The notes under the pieces: model-generated
The model's input: the letters and a program-made list of their open reading frames with translations, nothing else
Databases searched by the model: none
What the model was told of the DNA's origin: nothing
Shown here: piece by piece, positions 38,306 to 48,446 of the stretch
Layout: each line of letters begins with the position of its first letter
How positions within the stretch are numbered: position 1 is the stretch's first letter
DNA from: Desulfobacterales bacterium
GTDB taxonomy: Bacteria; Desulfobacterota; Desulfobacteria; Desulfobacterales; UBA2174
Assembly (NCBI GenBank): GCA_963668645.2
Contig: CAXXWC010000019.1
Location: 608,001-672,000, forward strand
Length of the DNA: 64,000 nucleotides
Direction of reading: 5' to 3'
Translations under genes and position numbers: made by a program

Positions 38306-40269
38306 CTTGGGTTTGGGAAACGTAGGAACACAGAATTGGCGCAAACCCTTATCTGGTGCGCATCTATGACGATGAATGAAATTCAGCGTGTGTCTACATT
38401 TTTCGCCCCTTTTTAGGGCCGATTTTCCAGTGAAAGGACCTGCTGCGGAGATTTGATTTTAAGCGCTTTCAGTATGTTGGCAGTTTTCACGGGGATCTCG
38501 TTGCGCATAAGCACACGGTAATTTAAATTGAAAAGTTTTGTGACTTGCAGCTTGTCCAGCGACCGGCGAATTCGGTGCCAGGGCAGGCCGCATTCGAGTT
38601 CGGCCACCCGCTCGATCATCAGCGCCAGCACACAGATCTTCACATGGGCCTCAATGCGCCGCGAGGCCCAGTGGTACATCGGCATCATCTTGATCTGGGT
38701 GCGTTTGAGCGAGCGAAAGCAGCGCTCAATGACCATCAGCCCTTTGTATCCGCAGGCGGCGTCTTCGAGGCTGATGGTATCGTCGTTGGTTTCCACCACC
38801 CATTTGCCATCGTACTTGGCCGCCGCCTTGATGGCCGCCCGGTCGATTCGGACCTGGTTGCCCTTGGTGATGCGCAGATACCGCTTGAAACGCGCCGAGG
38901 CCAACAGCTCGATCGCCCACTGGGCCGTGGCCGATGGGTCCGGGTGCCGATCGAGTTCGGTTTCGAGCATCTGAACGATCGTTTCACGGTGTAGCCGCTG
39001 GCGTTTGGCTTCCTTGGGGTTGTAGCACAGGATGTAGCGCTTGCGCCTTTCGCCGTCGCCAACGATGACTTCTTTTGCGTGCAGGTTGTCTCGGATGACA
39101 GTGTAGCGGCCGCGTTTGCTCAGCACATCGCGTTTGATTTCGGCCACGCTGGCCATCCGGCAGGCCAGAAGGTACTTGCCGCAAGCCCGGGCCAGTTCTT
39201 CGCGGTTGGTCTGCGAATTCATGCCCGCGTCGGCGACAAACAGGGCGCGACCCAGGTTCCAGCCCCGCAGGTCGGTGCGGATCTTTTCGACGGTGGCCAC
39301 ATCGGCCGTGTTGCCCGGCAGCACCCAACTGCGCACCGGGATGCCTTCGCGAGTCACGGCCAGGGCCACGACGACTTGGGGTGACCAGGTACCTTCCTTG
39401 TTGCGGCCGAACTTGCGCATTGTGGCGTTGGCGTGCCGGTCGCCGTCATCTTCCCGGTCGACATGGAACGAGGCCGTGGTGGTGTCGTAGAAGATCAGAT
39501 CCACGGTGAGGTTGAACAGGTTGGCGGTATGGAAAAAGACGCTTTTTTCGATCTCGGCGGCATGTTCGTGGAGCAGATCCATGGCCTCGTACATGTGATC
39601 GAGCTTCAGCCCGTCGCATGACGGCAGGTAAACCGTGGACAGCCAGCGATCCCAGACGCCCAGCTTGGATTCGGGCTCACAGAGCCGGTTGGCGGTCATG
39701 GCCAACAGGGCCCGTTCGTAGTTGATGCGAACCCCTTTGGACTTGACGATGTTGGCCAGGGTCTTTCGAAGCCCCAACCGTTCCCAGAGGGTTTCGATAA
39801 CCAGCGGGCAGCCGAAAGCGAGAGTTTCTTGAATTTTGAGGCTGTCAGCCAGTGCCGAGACCGCTTGGTCGTTTTCGAGCGGATCGGTGACGGTCAGGCC
39901 GCAGACCCGTGCAATGGATCGGCACAGGCGCACGAGCTGAGCGCGATCGAGTTGATCGGTGCGCCCGAAGTTGTGGATGATTTTGGCGACCGGTTTACGG
40001 GTTTTGGGATCGCGCTCGTTGTGGGCGAGTTGGAAGTATTCGACCGTTGAGCCGTCCTTATTGGTGCGCTTTGTGGTTCGTAGGTACATGCTTACCCACA
40101 TAGCGTTTGAAATATTTTATGTCAAGGCCTAAACCGCGAATTCGTGTGCCTACAGCATTTGAGCTTAAAAAACGGCTCAATTTTTTGTAACTAATTGTTT
40201 TTATAAGGTGCGAATTCGTGGAGAGCCGAATTTCGGAGGTGTTTTTTGCCTACAAATCCCAAACCCAAG
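38306..40269 (-). mobile_element. IS1634-family insertion sequence with terminal IRs and a 5-bp CCTGA target duplication
   Basis: IR CTTGGGTTTGGGA-N3-GTAGG at both ends; CCTGA at 38301-38305 and 40270-40274. Confidence 0.93.
38413..40101 (-). CDS. IS1634 family transposase
   Basis: MYLRTTKR (ATG 40089), IFYDTT, PGNTAD, VADAGM, YKGLMVIERCFRSLK, RIEAHVKICVLA. Confidence 0.93.
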   Translation of the reverse strand: MWVSMYLRTTKRTNKDGSTVEYFQLAHNERDPKTRKPVAKIIHNFGRTDQLDRAQLVRLCRSIARVCGLTVTDPLENDQAVSALADSLKIQETLAFGCPLVIETLWERLGLRKTLANIVKSKGVRINYERALLAMTANRLCEPESKLGVWDRWLSTVYLPSCDGLKLDHMYEAMDLLHEHAAEIEKSVFFHTANLFNLTVDLIFYDTTTASFHVDREDDGDRHANATMRKFGRNKEGTWSPQVVVALAVTREGIPVRSWVLPGNTADVATVEKIRTDLRGWNLGRALFVADAGMNSQTNREELARACGKYLLACRMASVAEIKRDVLSKRGRYTVIRDNLHAKEVIVGDGERRKRYILCYNPKEAKRQRLHRETIVQMLETELDRHPDPSATAQWAIELLASARFKRYLRITKGNQVRIDRAAIKAAAKYDGKWVVETNDDTISLEDAACGYKGLMVIERCFRSLKRTQIKMMPMYHWASRRIEAHVKICVLALMIERVAELECGLPWHRIRRSLDKLQVTKLFNLNYRVLMRNEIPVKTANILKALKIKSPQQVLSLENRP

Positions 40270-40575
40270 CCTGAGCAATTTGATTTTTCGGACAAGGTCC
40301 TCAATGCTCTGGTGAATGTGGGTAAAGCGGCTGATGCGCCGGCCGGTGAGGTGACTCTTTGCGGTAGCCAGGGCTTCGTGGTTGCGGTCGGCGGCCAGGG
40401 CGTAGGTCATGGCCGCCGCGCGCACATGGGCAGCGGTGGCCGGATGAACGGTAACGTCCTCGATCCTCTCGCCGCGATAGTAGATGACCGGCTTGAGCCG
40501 GCGCAGGCTCTCTATGTACTGGGCTCCGTTTTGATCTGCATATAAATTCTTCTCCTGAACGGGAGCGGATTTTGT

Positions 40576-42024
40576 TCACTCCAATATTCCGCAAAGCTTC
40601 TGGGCTGCTTTTTTCTTGACTTCCAGATTAACTGTTCTGGCGATCATAATACGCTGCGCTTGAGGCGATCCGGCACCGTGCATCGATTCGGTCAGATAGC
40701 CCACCGCAGCCGTGCCGAGGGTGAGATTCTCGATCAGGCGTAAAATACGGAACCGGTGCTCGGTTGGCACATCCGGCGACGTGCGGAAGTATCGGTCGAT
40801 CCATTTACCGACCGATTCGGATTTCAAATCCTTTTCCGAGGGCATGGTTACCATCAGGCCCCCGGCCAAATCCTGCGCCAGCCGGCTGAGTTCGTAGGGA
40901 AAGCGGGTGACATTCTGCTTGTGAACATTGGCGAGCAAGGTGTTGACGGCATAGGTTCCGCTCGGTTCGCGGTGGCCTTCCGAAGCGCAAGCGATACAAC
41001 CGCAGTAAAGCGTCTCATTGAGTTGGTTCATCTCGACAATTTTATCCTTTACATGGGAAGCGCGGCTGACCCCGGCCATTTCGACGGCCGTCTGGGATGC
41101 ACCGATCAACACGTCACCGACTCCCACCTTGCAGGCATAGCTTTGGCGATGGTAAGAAGCAAAGTTTTCCACCAACGTACCGGCAAACTCAAATTCGCCG
41201 CACAGAAACACCCGCTCCCAGGGCACGAAGACATCGTCGAAAACAACCAGTGCCTCCATCCCCCCGTAATGGACATTGCCTACATCCATCTGGCTGTTTT
41301 CAAGCTTTCTAGTGTCACAGGACTGGCGCCCCACAACATAAACAATTCCCTTGGCGTCGCTGGGCAACGCAAAGGATACGGCATAGTCTCTGTCTTCTTC
41401 GCGCATGGAGATGGTGGGCATCACGATGATTTCATGTGAATTCACGGCCCCGGTCTGATGCACCTTGGCGCCCCGCACAACAATCCCGTCATCCCTTTTT
41501 TCAACAACGCGCAGATAAAGATCCGGATCGGCTTGCTTATGCGGCGCAAGGCTGCGATCCCCTTTGGGATCGGTCATCGCTCCGTCACAGGTCAAGTCAT
41601 TTTCCTGAACATATTCAAGGTATTTCAAAAATCGTTGATTATATTGACTGCCATGCTTGGCGTCGACATCAAAAGTTACAATGGATAGCGCATTAAGCGC
41701 GTCCATCCCGACGCAACGCTGAAAGCAGCAGCCGGTGCTGCGTCCCAGCAAGCGCCCCATCTTGCTTTTCTTTAGCAAATCTTCGATGCTTTGATGGATA
41801 TGGGTAAACCGGTTGATCCTTTTTCCCGTCAGATGAGAAATAGCAGTCATGATATCTTCATATTCCGGGTGGTGGGCCAATTCATAGGTTAGGGCCACCG
41901 CATTCATGGATGGCCGGATAATCGGATGATCCACGACATTATCGACCCGCTCGCCGAACAGGTAGACCTCAAGATTGAGCCCTCTCAAGCTTTCTTCATA
42001 TTGTTTTGCAGTCATCATAGGCAT
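40576..42024 (-). CDS. abfD: 4-hydroxybutyryl-CoA dehydratase/vinylacetyl-CoA isomerase
   Basis: Fe-S ligands in TGCCFQRC and HRQSYACK; GAMTDPKGDR; ESMHGAGSPQAQR; AGGAG RBS before ATG 42024. Confidence 0.88.
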   Translation of the reverse strand: MPMMTAKQYEESLRGLNLEVYLFGERVDNVVDHPIIRPSMNAVALTYELAHHPEYEDIMTAISHLTGKRINRFTHIHQSIEDLLKKSKMGRLLGRSTGCCFQRCVGMDALNALSIVTFDVDAKHGSQYNQRFLKYLEYVQENDLTCDGAMTDPKGDRSLAPHKQADPDLYLRVVEKRDDGIVVRGAKVHQTGAVNSHEIIVMPTISMREEDRDYAVSFALPSDAKGIVYVVGRQSCDTRKLENSQMDVGNVHYGGMEALVVFDDVFVPWERVFLCGEFEFAGTLVENFASYHRQSYACKVGVGDVLIGASQTAVEMAGVSRASHVKDKIVEMNQLNETLYCGCIACASEGHREPSGTYAVNTLLANVHKQNVTRFPYELSRLAQDLAGGLMVTMPSEKDLKSESVGKWIDRYFRTSPDVPTEHRFRILRLIENLTLGTAAVGYLTESMHGAGSPQAQRIMIARTVNLEVKKKAAQKLCGILE

Positions 42025-42137
42025 CTGAAAATCTCCTTTGTGTTCTTGCAGTATTAAAATTGCAGTCGTTTTATCCACTTTGCATGATTTGCCCGTAGTG
42101 CCAAAAATCACGATGCCGACCTGAGTGACGTTCTGAG

Positions 42138-43274
42138 CTATTTGAGCAATTCCCGCGATATAACGATCTTCTGGATTTCGTTGGTGCCTTCGTAAATCTG
42201 GGTAATCTTGGCGTCGCGCATCATACGTTCGAAAGGAAATTCGGTCATGTATCCATATCCGCCGGCGACCTGAAGCGCCTCGGTCGTCACCCGCATGGCG
42301 ATATCCGATGCGATCAACTTGCAACATGCAGACAGGTAGGTTTTGCGTGGATTTTCACTGTCAATCAAATCAGCCGCCTGGTAGGTCAGTGCCCGCGCGG
42401 CTTCAACCTGAGATGCCATATCAGCCAGTTTCCATCCGATCCCCTGGAACTTTGCGATGGGCCGGCCGAACTGAACCCGCTCTTTGGCATAGGCGATCGC
42501 CTGCTCCAAGGCACCTTGCGCCAACCCGACAGCCTGCGATGCAATCACCGGCCGCGATGTGTCAAGGGTTTTCATGGCGTAAACAAATCCCTTACCTTCT
42601 TGACCGATAAGATTTTCCACCGGCACTTCCATATCTTCGAAAATCAGTTCACAGGTAAGGGATCCCCTGATTCCCATCTTGGATTCCTTTTTGCCGACTT
42701 TAAATCCCGGGAAGTCTTTTTCCACGATAAAAGCGCTGATGCCTTTAACGCCTTTGGAAGGATCGGTCATGGCAAACAAGGATACGATGTCGGCCACCGG
42801 ACCGTTGCTGATAAAACACTTTGATCCGTTGATAATGTATCGGTCGCCTTGTTTGACCGCTTCAGTGGCCATGGCAGCCGAATCGGACCCGGCCCCCGGC
42901 TCGGTAAGCCCAAAAGCGGTCAGGATCTCGCCGCTGGCCACTTTTGGACCGTATTTTTTCTTCTGCGCCTCTGATCCACCAATCAGAATCGGCATCCATC
43001 CCAGAGACTGAACCTGTACCAACAACGACGAACTCACACAGGCCTTGGCGATCTCTTCTACTGCCAAGCAAAGATAAAGATGGCCCAAATCGACACCCCC
43101 GTAAGCTTCCGGAACGCTTAGCGCAAAAAGATCCATGGATTGAAATATATCTTTCAACTCCCATGGAAATTCACCGCTTTGGTCGATTTGACAAGCGCGC
43201 GGGGTTACTTTTTCATTAACCATTTTACGAACTTCCCGCACAAACGTCTGTTGCTCTTTATCAAGTTGAAACAT
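42138..43274 (-). CDS. Acyl-CoA dehydrogenase
   Basis: FGLTEPGAGSD, NGSKCFISN, ERVQFGRPI, GGYGY, QIYEGTNEIQ. Confidence 0.95.
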   Translation of the reverse strand: MFQLDKEQQTFVREVRKMVNEKVTPRACQIDQSGEFPWELKDIFQSMDLFALSVPEAYGGVDLGHLYLCLAVEEIAKACVSSSLLVQVQSLGWMPILIGGSEAQKKKYGPKVASGEILTAFGLTEPGAGSDSAAMATEAVKQGDRYIINGSKCFISNGPVADIVSLFAMTDPSKGVKGISAFIVEKDFPGFKVGKKESKMGIRGSLTCELIFEDMEVPVENLIGQEGKGFVYAMKTLDTSRPVIASQAVGLAQGALEQAIAYAKERVQFGRPIAKFQGIGWKLADMASQVEAARALTYQAADLIDSENPRKTYLSACCKLIASDIAMRVTTEALQVAGGYGYMTEFPFERMMRDAKITQIYEGTNEIQKIVISRELLK

Positions 43275-43278
43275 GGCA

Positions 43279-43722
43279 TCAACTCCTTATCATAAGTATT
43301 TTTAATCCTGATTGCGTTACTGTACCATCCTGTTTTACAAGCTCTAAAAATATTTTAATAACACCTCTATCCAGTTTACTTTTACTGAGCCTTTTTTCCA
43401 CGATTTTTGCTTTTACATGAACCGTATCGCCAAAATAAATCGGCGCCTTGAATTCCCACGCCTCGATCCCCAGAAACGCAATCGCCGTACCTTCTAAAAG
43501 TCCGGTACGAAACAATAGTCCGTGGGAAATGGCGAGCCCTAAAAGCCCATGGACAATACGCTGTCCGAACTGGCTTTGCTGCATAAATGCATCGTTGGTG
43601 TGCAGCTCATTGTAGTCACCGCTCATAGCGGCAAACATAACCACATCTGTTTCGGTTATCGTTCTCCCGGGGCTTATGAATTCCTCGCCCTCTTTCCAGT
43701 CATCAAACAGCTTTCCCGGCAT
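43279..43722 (-). CDS. MaoC family (R)-specific enoyl-CoA hydratase/dehydratase
   Basis: GRTITETDV, SGDYNELH, IVHGLL, FKAPIYFGDT. Confidence 0.92.
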   Translation of the reverse strand: MPGKLFDDWKEGEEFISPGRTITETDVVMFAAMSGDYNELHTNDAFMQQSQFGQRIVHGLLGLAISHGLLFRTGLLEGTAIAFLGIEAWEFKAPIYFGDTVHVKAKIVEKRLSKSKLDRGVIKIFLELVKQDGTVTQSGLKILMIRS

Positions 43723-43865
43723 ATTTTCTCTCTTTCAAACTTTCTGTTTATCAAGTGGGATGGCAAACTGGCGATATCGTTTTTAGGTGACCTGTGGGGC
43801 CCCAACCTAACCCGTTCCTCCAGGATTTTGTTGGGGTCCCATTCGCAGCGAACAATGAATCTATT

Positions 43866-44639
43866 TCATTTCAACGGTTCCCTTACCCCACCCACAAAAT
43901 TTCGAAAGGCTTCATAAACCACGGCCGTATCCACCCCTAAGGTCAGAAACTTAACCCCAGCCCGCCGCCATTTCTGGGCCATTTCGAGGGTCTGGCAATA
44001 GGTCCCGACAGTTTTGCCGTGATCCTTCGCTTTTGAAACAATTTTTCGCATCATCTCTTCAACATCCGGGTGGCCCACTTCTCCCGGAAGCCCCATCGAT
44101 GCGGAAAGATCGTAAGGGCCAATATAGATGGCATCCACCCCCTTGACTGCGAGGATATCATCCAGATTTTTTATACCGTCCACCAGCTCTGCCTGACAGA
44201 TAACACACATGTTTTCGTTTGCCCGATCGGTGAGATCGGCTGTGTTATCGGCACTGTAACCAGCAAACCGGGTGTTGGGGGATAATCCGCGTGTACCGGC
44301 AGGGGGAAAGTAAGCCGCACCCACCGCTGCCTCGGCGTCCTCTTTTGAGAAGACCTGCGGCACTAAGATGGCCGCCGGCTTCAGATCTACGGCGCGTTGA
44401 ATGTAAACTGGGAAATTATCCCCGACACGGACGATCGGTTGCAGACCGCACAAATCCCCTGTTCTTATACACGAATCAAAACTTTCCGGATTGAACGGGG
44501 CATGTTCACCGTCAAGAATAGCGAAATCGAGGCCCGCCTTGCCAATGATTTCCATCATAATGGTACTGGGAATATTGATGAACGTTCCGAGTAACTCTTC
44601 GTCTTCCAAAAGTTTTTTCTTAAACTTATTGACTTGCAT
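43866..44639 (-). CDS. HpcH/HpaI class II aldolase family protein
   Basis: LDGEHAP, FPPAGTRG, GVDAIYIGPYDLSASMG. Confidence 0.92.
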   Translation of the reverse strand: MQVNKFKKKLLEDEELLGTFINIPSTIMMEIIGKAGLDFAILDGEHAPFNPESFDSCIRTGDLCGLQPIVRVGDNFPVYIQRAVDLKPAAILVPQVFSKEDAEAAVGAAYFPPAGTRGLSPNTRFAGYSADNTADLTDRANENMCVICQAELVDGIKNLDDILAVKGVDAIYIGPYDLSASMGLPGEVGHPDVEEMMRKIVSKAKDHGKTVGTYCQTLEMAQKWRRAGVKFLTLGVDTAVVYEAFRNFVGGVREPLK

Positions 44640-44707
44640 CGTACCAGCTCCTGTTGCCCATTTTCAAAACAGGTTATAATTGTATTTGTCGATGACGCAT
44701 TAATACC

Positions 44708-45847
44708 TTAGCGCCGCGTCAACTCTCGCGCGATGATCAGTTTCTGGATTTGGTTGGTTCCCTCGTAAATTTGGGTGATTTTGGCGTCCCGCATCATGCG
44801 CTCGAATGGAAATTCGGTCATATATCCGTATCCACCCGCGATTTGAAGGGCGTCCGTGGTCACCCGCATGGCCACATCCGAGGCAAACATCTTGCAGCAG
44901 GCAGACATGTACGTACTGTTCGGATCCTGGCTGTCAACCATTTTGGCCGCCTGATAGGAAAGTGCCCGGGCCGCCTCGGTCTGCGTCGCCATATCCGCCA
45001 GCATCCAGGAAAGGCCCTGAAACTTGCCGATCGGCCGGCCGAACTGACTCCGCTCCTGGCTGTACTTGCAAGCCGCATCCAAAGCACCCTGTGCAATCCC
45101 CACCGCCTGGGATGCAATAACCGGACGTGAGGCGTCGAGGGTCTTCATGGCATAAACAAATCCCTTGCCCTCTTCGCCGAGCAGATTTTCCGCCGGCACC
45201 TCCATATCTTCAAAAACAAGGTAACCTGTCGGCGACCCTTTGATTCCCATTTTCGATTCCCACTTGGCCACGGTAAATCCAGGAAACTCCTTCTCAACAA
45301 TAAATGCACTGATCCCTTTAACGCCCTTGGCGCTGTCCGTCATCGCGAACACAACCAACAGATCCGCAATGGGACCGTTACTAATAAAGCACTTTGATCC
45401 GTTGATAATATATTTATCCCCGTGCCTGACGGCTTTTGTATTCATGGCCGCGGCATCGGAACCGGCACCATCTTCCGTAAGTCCGAACGCGATCAGCGCT
45501 TCGCCCGAAGCGACCGGGGGACCGTACTTTTGCTTTTGTTCTTCAGTGCCGGCAAGCAGAAGCGGTTGCCACCCCAGGGCCTGCACTTGCACAATCAGGG
45601 AGGAACTAACACACGCCCGTGCGATTTCCTCAACGGCCAGACAAAGATATAGATGCTCCTGAAAGCATCCTCCATAAGCTTCAGGAACGGCCAACCCCAA
45701 AAGGCCCATATCCTGAAACAGCTCCTTCAGATCCCAGGGGAACTCTCCTTTTTGATCGATCTCCGCTGCCCTGGGTGCGACTTTTTCCAACACCATTCTT
45801 CTGACCTGCTGAACAAACAGCTTCTGGTCTTGATTGAGCAGATACAT
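44708..45847 (-). CDS. Acyl-CoA dehydrogenase (close paralogue of 42138-43274)
   Basis: FGLTEDGAGSD, ERSQFGRPI, QIYEGTNQIQ. Confidence 0.95.
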   Translation of the reverse strand: MYLLNQDQKLFVQQVRRMVLEKVAPRAAEIDQKGEFPWDLKELFQDMGLLGLAVPEAYGGCFQEHLYLCLAVEEIARACVSSSLIVQVQALGWQPLLLAGTEEQKQKYGPPVASGEALIAFGLTEDGAGSDAAAMNTKAVRHGDKYIINGSKCFISNGPIADLLVVFAMTDSAKGVKGISAFIVEKEFPGFTVAKWESKMGIKGSPTGYLVFEDMEVPAENLLGEEGKGFVYAMKTLDASRPVIASQAVGIAQGALDAACKYSQERSQFGRPIGKFQGLSWMLADMATQTEAARALSYQAAKMVDSQDPNSTYMSACCKMFASDVAMRVTTDALQIAGGYGYMTEFPFERMMRDAKITQIYEGTNQIQKLIIARELTRR

Positions 45848-45918
45848 TGTTCTTTACCTTTAAACTGTTTTGATTTGTTCCGATAACAAACGCCTACATC
45901 CGGCCATGGCCCTTTACC

Positions 45919-46506
45919 CTACTGGACCAGCGCTTGTCCTGCCTCAAAGGCCGTCTGATTGGCTTGCCTGAATCGTTTCGGGGAAAGCTCGGCCACCAAT
46001 TGACCGATCAACTCCGCTTCAAAAAACGGCACCAGCTTAACCAGTACGCCCAGCAGAACAACGTTGGTCATCTGGACATTGCCGAGTTTCTGAGCCGTAC
46101 CGGTCGCATCGACAATCTTGCCGGTTTTGCAGTACTTACTTACGGCCTCGAATATTTCCCTATCATTCGGGTACGCATCAAGCCCCATGTTGTTCAACAC
46201 AGTGGGAATCTTCATGTCATTCATGATATAGGTCCCCTCGGGATTCAGCAGCCGCATATGCCGCAGCATCTCCACGGGCTCCATTCCTATCAGCAGGTCG
46301 GCCTGGCCCTGGGAAATCAACGGTGCATAAATTTTTGTATCTGATATGCGGATATGCGACACCACTGACCCGCCCCGTTGGGCGGCCCCGATGGTTTCCG
46401 CACCCGCCACATTGTATCCTTTCTTCATGGCGAACTGGGATATAGCCAGAGAAGCAAAGATATTCCCCTGACCCCCCACACCTGAGATAACGGCATCCAT
46501 TTTCAT
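45919..46506 (-). CDS. iorB: Indolepyruvate:ferredoxin oxidoreductase family, beta subunit
   Basis: SGVGGQG, GAAQRGGSVVSH, NVVLLG; ATGA overlap with iorA. Confidence 0.9.
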   Translation of the reverse strand: MKMDAVISGVGGQGNIFASLAISQFAMKKGYNVAGAETIGAAQRGGSVVSHIRISDTKIYAPLISQGQADLLIGMEPVEMLRHMRLLNPEGTYIMNDMKIPTVLNNMGLDAYPNDREIFEAVSKYCKTGKIVDATGTAQKLGNVQMTNVVLLGVLVKLVPFFEAELIGQLVAELSPKRFRQANQTAFEAGQALVQ

Positions 46507-48338
46507 GATATTGCTCCTTGTGTACACACATCAATACAAAGCCCGCACCCCACACAAACCTTTCTGTCAATACTCACCTTTTTTTCATCTTTGTGATAGG
46601 AGATGGCCGGGCACCCGAGGTCATTGATACAAACTCTGCAACCGTTACACTTTTCTTCATCGAACCGAATTTCACGGGGCTCAAAAAGCTTTATGCCCTT
46701 ACGGGAGGAAAGAAGGTAGCACGGCATGGAAGAAACAATAAGCGAAACGCCCTCTTCTTTGACCGCGGCTTCCAAGGCTTCCTGGCACTCTTTGATATTG
46801 TAAGGATTCACCACCCGGTAGCTGATCCCCAGCGCTTCGGCCAGCTTGGGAACGTTGACCTTTCCGGTGGGCTCTCCGTTGATCAGCTTTCCGGTACCGG
46901 GATGGGGCTGAAATCCGGTCATGGCCGTCACGTCATTTTCCCCCAAAACGATATTGATATTCGCTTTCTGGTAGGCCGCATTTACCAGGCCGTTAAGCCC
47001 GCTGTGATAAAAGGTGGAATCCCCGATGAAAGCAAAAACAGGCCCCTTCAGACCCGCATAGCTCATCCCCGTGGCCATGGGAATCGAAGAGCCCATGCAG
47101 TAGATTGTGGACTGCAGTTCTATCGGTTTGAACGATCCAGCGTCATGACAACCGATGTCTCCCACCACGACCCCTTTGGTCTTTCGAACCACCCGTTTCA
47201 GCGCGTTAAGAATGCCCCGATAGTTACATCCCACACACTGAGTACGGGTTCGGATGGGAACAGATACATCCATCTGCGGTGCCTCAGGTTGCGTCACGCT
47301 CACATCAGGTAGCGCCCGGCGGATGCTATCCAGCACCATCTGCAGGGTAAGTTCGCCGTCGGAGGGGACAAATCCGCTTCTGCCGAGCACTTCCACCTCG
47401 ATACGCGCCTCCTGGGCAGCCTGTTTCAAAAGCCCTTCCACCAGCGGCTCGACTTCTTCAAAGACGATGACTTTTTCAAGTCCGTTGAGAAATTCCAAAA
47501 CTTGCTTCCGCGGCAAAGGGAGTGTTCCCAGCTTGAGTACCGGCAGTTTGGCGTTAAGAAACTGTTTGGCCTCCTTAATCAGCGTATAGCCCATACCACA
47601 GCCCACCAGCCCGACCTTGCTCGGCGCGGCTTCAATCCAGTTATAGGGGCTTTGTTCCATCAGCTCCACCAGCATAGGCTGTTTCTCATTGAGCCAGCGG
47701 TGCCGGATCTGCGGTCTTTTTAGGCCTCCGAATTCCGGCATCTCCACAGCGCTCATGATGAAACGGCTGCGGTCCGGCTTATAATGGCCCGGACTGGAAT
47801 CTTCCGGAATCTGCTCTAACGAGACGACGGCCCTGCCGTGGCATACCCGGGTGACCGGCCTCAGACAAAAAACCAATTCCGTCTTTTCGGAAAGCTCGAA
47901 AGCGTCTTTGACCATCGCTTTGGCCTCCTGCACGGAACAGGGATCGAAAACGGGAAGATGCCCGTATTGATGGACCAGAATCCGGGTATCCTCCTCGTTC
48001 TGGGATGACAGCGCCCCGGGATCATCCGCGGAATTCAACACCAACCCGCCACGGATGCCGGTAAAATTGACGTGCATTAAAAAGTCCGTCACCACATTTG
48101 TGCCGTTGTGTTTCATTACGGCCATAGAGCGCAGGTGACAAAGGGAGGCACCCAAAGCGATTTCAAAGCCAACCTTTTCGTTGGAGGACCATTCCACATG
48201 CACCCCAGGATGACCGACGCAATCCTGCAAAATTTCCGTAGCCGGTGTTCCGGGATATCCGGCCACCACTCTCACACCGGACTCAAGCGCTCCGCGGGCA
48301 ATGGCTGTACTTCCCATCAGATAAGCATTTTCTTGCAT
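46503..48338 (-). CDS. iorA: Indolepyruvate:ferredoxin oxidoreductase family, alpha subunit
   Basis: GYPGTP, NEKVG, DDPG..SSQNEED, GDIGC, TPP motif GDSTFYHSG, two C-terminal 4Fe-4S motifs. Confidence 0.92.
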   Translation of the reverse strand: MQENAYLMGSTAIARGALESGVRVVAGYPGTPATEILQDCVGHPGVHVEWSSNEKVGFEIALGASLCHLRSMAVMKHNGTNVVTDFLMHVNFTGIRGGLVLNSADDPGALSSQNEEDTRILVHQYGHLPVFDPCSVQEAKAMVKDAFELSEKTELVFCLRPVTRVCHGRAVVSLEQIPEDSSPGHYKPDRSRFIMSAVEMPEFGGLKRPQIRHRWLNEKQPMLVELMEQSPYNWIEAAPSKVGLVGCGMGYTLIKEAKQFLNAKLPVLKLGTLPLPRKQVLEFLNGLEKVIVFEEVEPLVEGLLKQAAQEARIEVEVLGRSGFVPSDGELTLQMVLDSIRRALPDVSVTQPEAPQMDVSVPIRTRTQCVGCNYRGILNALKRVVRKTKGVVVGDIGCHDAGSFKPIELQSTIYCMGSSIPMATGMSYAGLKGPVFAFIGDSTFYHSGLNGLVNAAYQKANINIVLGENDVTAMTGFQPHPGTGKLINGEPTGKVNVPKLAEALGISYRVVNPYNIKECQEALEAAVKEEGVSLIVSSMPCYLLSSRKGIKLFEPREIRFDEEKCNGCRVCINDLGCPAISYHKDEKKVSIDRKVCVGCGLCIDVCTQGAIS

Positions 48339-48446
48339 ATGTTTTTACCTCTCTAATTCCGTGTGCACGACACTTCACAAAGTAGCGCATCGTGCGATTT
48401 ACAGGTACACACCAACTGAAAGACACGTTGCATGGTTTTTGTTTTC

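Larger units (their letters stand above)
37125..40541 (-). pseudogene. 4-hydroxybutyryl-CoA dehydratase (AbfD/HpaB family) paralogue interrupted by IS1634
   Basis: N-terminal part 40541-40270, C-terminal part 38305-37125; excision restores KIKLLR-VLGQKTGTCFQRCVG; a frameshift at about codon 5 as well. Confidence 0.9.

Noticed and set aside
40576..42327. Apparent 100-aa N-terminal extension on AbfD (similar extensions on EtfB, the SdhB-like and GlpA-like proteins, SDR and TatD)
   Set aside because: These come from the ORF caller choosing the furthest start; most overlap upstream genes. Family homology begins at internal starts, most with an RBS.
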